NCBI GenBank assembly: GCA_030141605.1
Contig: JAQGDQ010000235.1
Coordinates: 62,001-126,000, forward strand
Direction of reading: 5' to 3'
DNA: 64,000 bases
Source: Tubiluchus corallicola
Lineage: Eukaryota; Animalia; Priapulida
Both the position numbers and the translations under genes were made by a program. Shown here piece by piece: positions 1 through 9,910 of the stretch (within the stretch, counting starts at the first letter, position 1; each line of letters starts with the position of its first letter). The notes beneath the pieces were generated by a model that ran no database searches, had not been told where the DNA came from, and saw only the letters and a program-made list of their open reading frames with translations.

Positions 1-1779
1 CTGGAAACACGGAACACATTCTGCATAATTTTTATTTGCCAGATGCAAATAGCCAAGCGACCGCTGAGCACGAGAACTTTTGTGATTGGACATTTCCCAA
101 GCCTTTAAATAGAAATCGCCATTCCGTGTTATATCTCCCAAAATGCACCACAGATCAGGAGTTTCTTTCAATGCCAACTGTTCGCGCACAACCTGCTCTG
201 CCCTTTCCTTCCGACCCAGTAGCTGTAGGCATGTGATGACATCATCCCATAGACAAAGGCGTTCGAATATCTCTAGCGCACTTTGAGTGGCACCCAGGCG
301 CATTAATACGTTAGCTAGCTCTTTCTCGATTAGATACTTTGGTGGTAAACACACAGCAAAGAAAACCTTCATTCTTTCTTCAGGCGAAGCGTCCACATTC
401 ATGGTTTGGTCCATCAGCTCTTGCAGCTGCATCATTCCTCGTTCCATGCGACGAGTTTTACGTTCGTCAAGTTTCGCCCGCATGAACAGCGCCATCGTCT
501 GCGTGGCCCAGTCTGATGGCCCAGCAAGCACCCGCGAGAGATAAGCTTCTAACTCTTCGGTTGCTAAAACATCGACAGGACTGCTTCGCTTTTTGTACGC
601 ACACAATGCTAAAAGAAACGCTTGTTCTAATGGGGAGAGTTTTTCCAACAGGCGCTCCTCAGAAAACTGGACATTGGTCAGTAAAGTGTCGTCTTCTACC
701 TGAACATTCCGCGGTAAAAAGTAAGCATGTTTGTCTGCGCTCTCGTTTACAGATCTAGATGATCCAGTGATTGACTCATCTACAGATCTAGATGATCCAG
801 TGATTGACTCATCTACAGATCTAGAAGATCCAGTGATTGACTCGTCTACAGATCTAGAAGATCCAGTGATTGACTCGTCTACAGATCTAGATGATCCAGT
901 GATTGATTTTACATTCAGCTGAAGCTGAGAAATGCTGTTTTGTTGAAATTTAGTTCTCTTACCCAAAGCTCCAGTCAAACTCACTTGTAAACCAAGCAAA
1001 TCTTGGCACTCGTCCAACAACTGCTTGGCTGACGTGTACTTATAATAAAAAAGGTAAATGTGTGCAATTTCAATAAAGAATTCAACTTTTTTGTCCGGTT
1101 TGTCGGGCGGCAACAAATCACGAGCCGTGTCAATCAAACTAAATAACGACTTGGAAATCGTGTGAGATTTTTCGGGAAGCATCTGCTGGTGTATCCACAG
1201 ACAACGAATAGTCCAATGATGAACAATACTTGAACACAAGGTAAACTCAGAAGCCATGTCGACAAATATTACACGAGTGATATAAAAGTATTCCGGCCAC
1301 TGCATCTTTTGATATATTGATTCTCCATCAATGCTTAATGAGTTGAAAGTAGCACTCTGTGTGTCAACATCTTTACACTCAGAAAGGCTACATAATATTG
1401 GCAACACACACACTGGTTTATACTCCAAGGTTGAGGGTGGGCCAGTCCAATTGTTCTGAATAAATAATTTAAAGGCTGCTATACCAGCAAATATCAAACT
1501 TAGCTCTCGAGACCCATTTTCTCCCTCCTGCGACAAAAACGTTTTCAGTATGGTTGTCACGCGTTGATGTATATCATACTCCTGTATATCTGATGTGCAA
1601 CACGCTTTAAGTTGATCGTTAAATGACGATAATACTTGTTGATAATCGCCAACGGTAATTAAGTGGGCAGCTTCACGAACATGGCTTCCAAGGAAACAAG
1701 ATTTCAAGATATCTGTGCCAAAAGCCCATGGCGGAAGTACACTGTCAAAATCACACGCCTCATCTCCAACAAGTTCCAT
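1..1779 (-). CDS. TTC27: Tetratricopeptide repeat protein 27 (TTC27/Emw1 family), N-terminal 593 codons, continues off the left edge
   Basis: ATG at 1779 preceded by an in-frame TAG; frame appears open to position 1. Translation contains LFIQNNWTGP, LTGALGKRTKFQQ, WDDVITC and RAQRSLG...YAECVPCFQ, motifs I recognise from TTC27. Absent from the ORF track because no stop lies in the window. Confidence 0.9.
   Translation of the reverse strand, partial: MELVGDEACDFDSVLPPWAFGTDILKSCFLGSHVREAAHLITVGDYQQVLSSFNDQLKACCTSDIQEYDIHQRVTTILKTFLSQEGENGSRELSLIFAGIAAFKLFIQNNWTGPPSTLEYKPVCVLPILCSLSECKDVDTQSATFNSLSIDGESIYQKMQWPEYFYITRVIFVDMASEFTLCSSIVHHWTIRCLWIHQQMLPEKSHTISKSLFSLIDTARDLLPPDKPDKKVEFFIEIAHIYLFYYKYTSAKQLLDECQDLLGLQVSLTGALGKRTKFQQNSISQLQLNVKSITGSSRSVDESITGSSRSVDESITGSSRSVDESITGSSRSVDESITGSSRSVNESADKHAYFLPRNVQVEDDTLLTNVQFSEERLLEKLSPLEQAFLLALCAYKKRSSPVDVLATEELEAYLSRVLAGPSDWATQTMALFMRAKLDERKTRRMERGMMQLQELMDQTMNVDASPEERMKVFFAVCLPPKYLIEKELANVLMRLGATQSALEIFERLCLWDDVITCLQLLGRKERAEQVVREQLALKETPDLWCILGDITRNGDFYLKAWEMSNHKSSRAQRSLGYLHLANKNYAECVPCFQ
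748..907. repeat. 33-bp tandem repeat, about 5 copies, inside the TTC27 CDS
   Basis: Unit acagatctagatgatccagtgattgactcatct; encodes ITGSSRSVDES repeats in the TTC27 frame. Confidence 0.95.
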
Positions 1780-2689
1780 AATGCACTAACGAAATCCCAA
1801 AAACAAATTTAGCAAATAAACTAGATAAAGAATGCCTGCTCACCCATACAATGTTGAGCGGTATTTGGCGCCGTTGTCTCGTAATTTTTTTCTCAAAGCT
1901 GAAACCGTTGAGGTAATAGCAGCAGAAGATTAATGTAGTTAGTAAAACATAATTTACGGGAGAAACTAACACGCTCAGTTGTAATTTCTCCGTAAGCAAG
2001 AAAAGAAATCTTCTACCACGCGATGACGGTTCAATTAAGAGACAATGCGGCTTCCTTACTAGTACTCGCTGCACGGTTCAGTAACAAAAGAAAAGACTCA
2101 ACAAAAGTCAAAACTCATAAAGCAAAGTTTCACTTTAGTACTAAAAATATGCTGACTACTAAGTTATAAAATTATAATGTTTTACTATTATCAGCTTTAT
2201 CATTATCATTGTTTTTGTCGTCACACCATTATAAAAATATACTATAATATTGTTCTTAATTTAGGGTAATAACGTTTTTGCTTGTTTAGTGTTTTGTTAT
2301 GGCTCGTGACGTCTGGTGTATAGGGTAGCTACTATCAGTGTGTAAACCAAACAGCTGGGGGTAAATATGAAGGAAATTTATTGAACAGAGAAGGCGATGT
2401 ATGTAATTACATGTACTCAATACCATTTACACACAATAAGTGTGTATTTCTAACCATTAAATGCCATATCATTATCTCGCTAATTGTACTGCCTCCTTCA
2501 CATCTACATACCAGATATATAATTATTCATATTAATTCTGCAGATGAGAAATCTGCTTGGAGATGCTAAGTGGAATTTCTAGCATTAACCAACTTAAACA
2601 CTCTGTGTTTTATGCATCTAGCCAATTTCATAACTTTTTTATGCAAGTCTAATAAAGCCTACTTTTGATAATAATTTTTTATAACTCAT

Positions 2690-3060
2690 TTGTTAAATGC
2701 ATTACACTTGGAAATCGAATCACTTATGACAACACCAGCTTCATCTATAATGGGAGGAATAAAATAGTCACACGTATTTTTGTAAAAACTTTTAGTAATT
2801 TCTCACCAGACTTTAGGGCGTGTTTCAGGATTCAATAGCTTCTCGTTCAGTTTGTCTGAATAGCCACGTTTGGCTTTTTTAACAGCATTGTTGTACTTAT
2901 TTCTAGTAGTAGTACAGGACTGCCACGAAGCATTCGTCCTGTTTAATTTATAATTTCTGTGCGCCTTTTTTTGTACTCTAAGCTGTGAATATTGTTGAAT
3001 GTTGCTAGAAGGAGTTTTATTAGACTCTCTCATGGATAACGCTCATCATAAAGATGAGCT
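2690..3060 (-). mobile_element. Degenerate LINE ORF2 fragment (endonuclease-RT linker)
   Basis: KKAHRNYK...RNKYNNAVKKAKRGYSDKLNEKL...PKVW resembles LINE linker regions; stops present. Confidence 0.6.
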
Positions 3061-3074
3061 GTAACATTTGCCAG

Positions 3075-3420
3075 TTATCAGGACCATACACCACCAATAT
3101 TTAACAGACTAAAGTTTCTAAACATTTATGACATTATTAAGTTCCAAACTGCCATTTTCATGTACAAATTCTCTCATAAATTATTGCCTCCCTTATTTAC
3201 TGATTATTTTTGTTTGAATGCTGAGATACGTAATTACAGTACACGTTATAGACTTAACTATACCACATACAGTGCAACACAAATGTAAGAAAATTTTCTA
3301 TTAAATACAATGGCCCCTGCATATGGAATTCAATTGCTCCAGCTATTAAAAATGCCAACTCGCTGTCCGTATTTAAAAAAAATATAAATTAAACTTACTT
3401 GAAACATATAACTGATCACT
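3075..3420 (+). mobile_element. CR1/L2-like LINE ORF2 C-terminal fragment
   Basis: DHTPPIFNRLKFLNIYDIIKFQTAIFMYKF...NYSTR...GPCIWNSI, the same C-terminal signature as the LINEs at 34650 and 39950. Confidence 0.7.
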
Positions 3421-3799
3421 CAATCATGATTTGTTGTTTTTCATTTTCAAAAACTTCCCCTCTAGTATAATAATATTTTTATTACTTCCCACCCGTATAT
3501 ATATATCTGCAGTGCACACCTCCATATAGTCTAAACAAGTGTTGTACCTCCACAAATGCTTAGCGAATGTGTTAAAGCATTTATCATTTCTCTGTACGGA
3601 CCATCAGTTTACATCGTAATTATGAAAATTAATACTACAAACGCCCACTGTAACTCACATTAACCATTACCAATATATTGTAATTTCTCTATTAACTAAT
3701 TCTAGTGGCCTAGCATAAGCTAGCGCAGAATTCATGAATTGTATCATAATTTTGTATTAACAAAAACTGATTATCGATGCACATTGTTTATATATATGT

Positions 3800-5042
3800 T
3801 TATTGCGAAATATATTTCGAGCACTCCCTGTACCACGCCTCGTGCGCGCGACCACAGTTTGAACATTTTACACGTTCATTGCTCGTTTTATGACTAAATG
3901 AACATTTTCAAAAGATAGTTTTAGATTTGCACAATTTTGCTACATGATTATATTTGTAGCAGTTGAAGCACTGTACTGGTTTGTTAGCGACTATGAACTT
4001 CTCGACTTGACAGTACATATTACCAATGGGAATGCCATCAAAGATAGCAGTTTCTAAATCATCAGCTGAATTAAAATATACTTTAGCTAGGGGAAGCACC
4101 ATTCCATCCTTTTTCTTGAACATGTCCACTTTCACGTCAATGTTTACTAATCTCATCTAATAGTTCATCATCAGTCAAGCTTAGGTCGCAGTCTCTTAGT
4201 AAGCCAATGGTATTTTGTAGAGGCGATCTAGCTGAAGTCTCTGTGCCCAGGTACGAAGGCAGCCAGTTATATATCATTAACTTTGCTTCTTCTTTGTGCT
4301 TAAGTTGCACTTGTGTCATACCTTTAGCTGTCTTTCTGATGTTGTCAAACTGGATTAGAAGGAAGTGGTGGGATAATTGTTTTTTGATGGAGAAGTTTGA
4401 TCTAACAATTTCTTTATCTTTTACATTGTTGATTATTACAGTACGAGACGGATCATAAATGGTTTTGGTTAATTTCATTTTGTCGTCAGACTTGTTTTCT
4501 GTTGGCAGCTTGGCACTATTCTCGTCTCTAGGCATCGATACTATATCAGTCCACAATGGTTTTGAGCTGCAGCTTATTTTATTGTCTAGAGCTTCAAGTT
4601 TATCACTCAACTGGCTAATTCTAGTTTCAAAATCGGACTGACAGACAGTTTGCTTTCCGGACAGAATATTCAGGACTTCAGTTACTTAATTTCTGTCATT
4701 GCATAATTTAATCAAATTGATGGCTGCGGTTTTTAAATTAGCTATAATTTTGTCTTCAGGGCTTGCATTGCTTTCTTTGTTTTCTGTTTCAGTGAAGTAT
4801 AAGCTAGTGTCCGAAGTAACTGTAGCCCTACTGTCTAAGGAAATACATGTTAAGTCACTGACAGAATTTCGCCTATTGTTCTCATTTAGGTGATTGTTCT
4901 CGCATTTGCTGCAGACAACAGCGCAGAGTCTTGCAAGACATACTGGTGATTTAGCAGACCAGCAAAACTCACAACTTTTTCTTTCTCTAGCTTGTTTCCT
5001 AAAATCGGTCGATTGACTACTAATTGGGTTTTTGTGACTCAT
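3800..5042 (-). mobile_element. Frameshifted non-LTR retrotransposon ORF1 (gag-like, CCHC knuckles)
   Basis: ORFs 4686-5042, 4137-4610 and 3908-4156 are collinear. PVQCFNCYKYNHVAKLC, followed by CSNCGRAHEAWYRECSKY at about 3810-3870. Confidence 0.75.
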
Positions 5043-5425
5043 TGTTTGGGCAAATCACAACGATTATTGCCACCACCCCAATGGGGTGCTGCCCTTATTA
5101 ACGATTGTTACACTTATTTTGTCGTTTTTTTACGTTTTCTCCAAAAACTTTCAATAGCACGAAAAAGATATTATCATAAACGAAAAGTATGTATATTTAC
5201 ACACGTTTTAGTATGAATGACTTCACAGAATAACCAGTATAATAGCCACAAATTTAACATAATCTGCAAGAGCAATTAGCACAATCAGGTTACAATCTTG
5301 CGCATGCGTAAAAACCTAGTATTTAAGAGCCATTCAGCAAGTGGATAAAACACATTGTGTGAGTGGATCAAACACATTCAGCAAAGTTTAAGACGTTGTG
5401 TGAAGATCTGTCTGTAAAAACAAAA

Positions 5426-5498
5426 ATGAACAGTAAGACGTTGATTGTTTGTTTGCTTGCCACCATATTGTTATACAACTGTGTGGATGTGGTAAATG
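5426..5498 (+). CDS. Small secreted peptide precursor, exon 1 (signal peptide)
   Basis: caaaaATG context; MNSKTLIVCLLATILLYNCVDVVN-G is a hydrophobic signal peptide; consensus donor G|gtaagt (phase 1); TATTTAA about 100 bp upstream. Confidence 0.75.
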
Positions 5499-5629
5499 GT
5501 AAGTGGATTTTTCAAGTTTTATACGTTTTCATTTATGCTCTGTTAAATGCTTCATTGTGCTCATAGCAAATGTCTAACTGCAGATATCAGAAAAATCGGT
5601 ACTTTAAAACCATTGAATTTAAAATTTTG

Positions 5630-5632
<3 letters not shown>

Positions 5633-5728
<96 letters not shown>

Positions 5729-5761
5729 CCTGTGTCTCACTCACTCACTCTCTCCTCTCTA

Positions 5762-5792
<31 letters not shown>

Positions 5793-5860
5793 GTCACTCA
5801 GTCTCTCTCTCTCTCTCTCTGTCACTCAGTCTCTCTCTCTCTCTCTCACTCTGTCTCTGT
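5633..5860. repeat. (CT)n microsatellite
   Basis: Seen directly. Confidence 0.95.
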
Positions 5861-5929
5861 TGCAGATAGTCATAAATATTCTCGCCAGTGTTTCCTTGCA
5901 TGGCGTATAAATAGTATATTAGTTACCTA

Positions 5930-6875
5930 GCTGACGAAATGCGCCGTTCTCGAGCATTGTTTAAACGGGCCTTGCGTGAGTGCAAACGTAATGAGAAACG
6001 TATTACTGCTGATAAGTTGGCTTATAAACTTATGCATTGTAACCCTTATGAATTTTGGACATCTATAAAAAAAGAAACTAATTCAAAACTTCCTCTTTCT
6101 CCACAAGTTGGTGAGTCAAATGGGGGAAAAGCACATTTGTACAATGTGGGGTAATCATTATAAAAATTTGTTAAATTCAGTTGACAATAAAGGTCTTAAC
6201 GCGCGTATAAAACATGTTCTAAGCCATAGTATAACGCCCATTAACGCATTTACAGTTTTTGAAGTGCAACAGGCAATTGATAGGCTTTCCTCCCATAAAT
6301 CAGCTGGTCCAGACGGCCTTAAAGGTGAACATTTCCGTGATTCATCCCATTTGCTGCCAATCATGTTGGCGCTGCTATTCACGTCCTGTGTAACACACGG
6401 TTACCTGCAGCATTCGTTAATGTTGTCTATACTAGTACTTCTCGTTAAAGACAAAAATGGGGATATTACAGACAAGAACAACTGTAGGCCTATCGCTCTT
6501 TCGTCTGTAGGAAGCAAAATTATAGAAATAGCGCTTCTAAATCGTTACAGTTCTTGTTTGAGTACCACGCCAAACCAGTTTGGTTTTGTTGAAAACTGAG
6601 GCACATAGATGTGCATCCATATTTTAAAAGAGGTGCTTGACTATTACATTAGTCGACAAAGCACTGTACATATTCTGTTTATTGACGCATCAAAAGCGTT
6701 CGATAGAGTAAACTATCTCAAACTGTTCCTAAACATTATCAATACTAACTTACCAAATATAGTAATTAGACATTTGCTTTTCTATTATACGGAACAACGT
6801 CTGTCGGTTAGATGTTGTAAATTTTGACTCTGATAGCTTTGCAGTAGGTAACGGAATGCGTCGAGGTGGAAAAAT
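5930..6875 (+). mobile_element. Degenerate LINE reverse transcriptase fragment in intron 1 of the peptide gene
   Basis: KSAGPDGL, NNCRPIAL, NQFGF, FIDASKAFDRV and GMRRGG (degenerate GVRQGG); frameshifts and stops. Confidence 0.85.
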
Positions 6876-7091
6876 CCCTCAGGGCCTACTGCTTTGCACT
6901 CTCTGCTTTGGTGTTTAAATGAGGGTAGTAGAAGGTGGGTAATTTTAAGTACAGCATCTAACGATCAGGCAAAATTACATTGGAACGAATAAGGCTAAAC
7001 GTAAATTGTGCAGCCATTATAAATTAATGCCGACAAATAATTGGTTAAAGCAAATTTTTGCTGTAATAATTATATGTTTTGTATAATTAAG

Positions 7092-7148
7092 GTTGCAATC
7101 TCCCCGCTCAGCGAAGGAACCGCCAACGGAGAGCATTGTACACAGTAG
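7092..7148 (+). CDS. Small secreted peptide precursor, exon 2 (cationic segment)
   Basis: ttaag| acceptor and |gtaagc donor; 57 nt, phase 1-1; GC-richer than its flanks; encodes (G)CNLPAQRRNRQRRALYTV. Confidence 0.6.
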   Translation, partial: VAISPLSEGTANGEHCTQ

Positions 7149-7465
7149 GTAAGCACAACTTATTATAATTCCGTTTATCTGAAAGTATGTACACACAGCA
7201 AAAATGTTGCCATTGTTAAAAACATACTGCTAATTTGTTTCGGTGTTTGCCTGTTTGTTTAGACACATGTTGCCTGTTGTGTTTTAGCACCTGTTGCCTC
7301 GGTTCCCACAAGTTCAGCATCCTCTGCCTTGGTGCTCACAAACTCAGCAGCTTCTGCCTTGGTGCCCACAAACTCAGCAACCTCAGAACAGCTCAGCATT
7401 CTCATAACTCAGAAGAACTATAAACGTCAGTGCATCTCATGTAAAATAAATTTTTGGCTTTGCAG

Positions 7466-7533
7466 ATGAAGACGGCAACGGATATGTTGCCGACGTAAGT
7501 TACGAAGCGGACGCAACTGAAAGAAGACGCTAG
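7466..7533 (+). CDS. Small secreted peptide precursor, exon 3 (acidic segment)
   Basis: tttttggctttgcag| acceptor, phase 1; encodes DEDGNGYVADVSYEADATERRR*; AATAAA at 7762. An internal gtaagt at 7495 could be an alternative donor. Confidence 0.55.
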
Positions 7534-7864
7534 GTGGGCCATCTAGTGGCATTATGGTTCATTATTTCTTCTGTACGCTTAACTTGACCACTGAGAATGG
7601 TGTTAACCAAACTCTGGCTGATCAAGCAACACTATTATATATAGACAGACCAAGTCATGAATAATTTGCTTTTAGATATCCGTAAATGCTAACTAAAAAA
7701 TTCTTACTTAGAACAGTATCAGAGTCGAATGTATATGTAGCCAGATATCACAATTTGTAATAATAAATCATTTTGATTTGGTCATTTTAATTACCTTTTT
7801 TCTTCTTTGTTTAGAAGTCGATTGTCTCTTTAATTTTTATTGATTTTACTGCCTGCGGGTACAT

Positions 7865-7959
7865 ATGTGCACGTGTGTGTGTGCGTGTGTGTGTGTGCAT
7901 TCATGTGTGTGTGTGCTTGTGTGAGCATTCATGTGTGTGTGTGCGTATGTGTGCGCATT

Positions 7960-7993
<34 letters not shown>

Positions 7994-8101
7994 CATGTGT
8001 GTGTGTACGTGCATGTGTGTGTATGCGTGTGTGTGTGGAAGACACGCAAGCATGTGTGTACGTGCATGTGTGTGTGGAAGACATGCAAGCATGTGCGTGT
8101 G
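7865..8101. repeat. Imperfect (TG)n microsatellite
   Basis: Seen directly. Confidence 0.9.
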
Positions 8102-8865
8102 TTCTTCAATTAATTAGCCGTTCATCAAATTGTTATAAGCATGTATGCTCTATATTGTTTACGGGAAAGCACGGGTCCTGGGTTCAAATGTTGATTGACG
8201 CACAATTTTTCATCACCAACTCTAATTCACCCGCACCACACTACTAGCGCACCAGTACACCTCACAAAACCATCCGCACCACATCCACCACACCATCCAA
8301 ACCATGCCACCATTCCACCCACACCATGCCAGACCAACACCACCAACATTACATCACCCGCACCACACTACACTATACTGTACAGCATCACATTAAATCA
8401 ATGGTGATGACAATGGCGACTACGATGGCAGCAGGAACAACAATGGTTGCAACCACAGCAACAATAACAACCTTCAATGAATTTTCCATGTTTGATAACC
8501 TACGACTTGCATTTCATGACAGCGATATTGGAAATTGCCACTTTTCACATGTCACCCAAGGGATCAATCAGATCAAGTGAGCGTTGCACATCAAATTTTC
8601 TCTTACCTTAAACTTTAAAAAAATCGGGTTCCCAAGTTTACAGTTTATCATTGCAGTTTGAAAATTCACGCTGTAGGTACTCCATTTTCTCATTTTAATC
8701 CCACTTTGTTTTTTCAAGCTTCCCAAAATTTTCAAACTCCAGGTGCATTGAATTGAAAAATAAGCTGTCAATATTATCTGATATTGTTTGTTTGGTAGAT
8801 AATTTTCCTCAAAAGATTTATTAGTTGCATAAATACACCTGGGTAATCACTACTATTGTTGCATT

Positions 8866-9028
8866 TTATTATTATTATTACTATTATTATTGTTATTATT
8901 ATTATTATTATTATTATTAATATTATTATTATTATTATTTATTTTAAAAAACTATGTACAAGATACATTCCCTCTATTTGTAGGAATACGTTTAAAATTT
9001 CTAAAAGCATTTACAACGTATTAAACCT

Positions 9029-9100
<72 letters not shown>
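8866..9100. repeat. (ATT)n (8866-8940) and (CA)n (9032-9100) microsatellites
   Basis: Seen directly. Confidence 0.9.
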
Positions 9101-9102
<2 letters not shown>

Positions 9103-9910
9103 CATTTAGAATTCAACGCATGAGACACATTGAACGACAACGATCATATACAATAGACATAGTTACAAATTATAATCCAACACTACATACATACATAATA
9201 AACGATAACGAACATATTTTAATACTTAGTAACAAAAATTTACACACGTTATACAGCATGAAAAACAGCGACTACAATTATAATAAACATAATTACCAAT
9301 TCTAATGTAAATTCACATAATCATAAATAAAAACAAAACAGCATATAAAAACACGACGAGAGTTGTAAAATTTCATCACCAACGGACTGTTTATATACAG
9401 GCGAAAGACGTTAGGAATTCAACCGAGATAAGATTTGCAAAAGCATTTATAGCATTATTATCTTGGCTAGAGAAAACATGGTTCGAATCTAACGTAGGCA
9501 GAGTGCTAATAAAATCATTTCTTTTGGCTTGGTTTACTAATGACTGAGGGCTTAATAAGCAGTTACATGTGCATTGTATTAATAATGACAATCAAAAATG
9601 TCCAGCCAAGCATGCGTTTGTATTGATATTGTTATGAACTTTTTATAATCATTGTTTCCTGAGTAAAAGAAAAAGTAATATTAAATTACCAAATTCTAAA
9701 TTCTAAATGGTAAAGACTTCAACAGGCAACAATGCTGTGACAATGTTAGTCGTGAAAACAATGGAGCAAAAATGACAAATTTGAATGGAACAGACGTGTT
9801 TGTAACTGTGTGAAAATTTAATGTATGACTTTTAACCACAGCCAAGAAATTTGTTAATGGATATGCTGTAGTCAGCAATGAGGGGACAGCATACCTTGAT
9901 ATAGTGGGAG

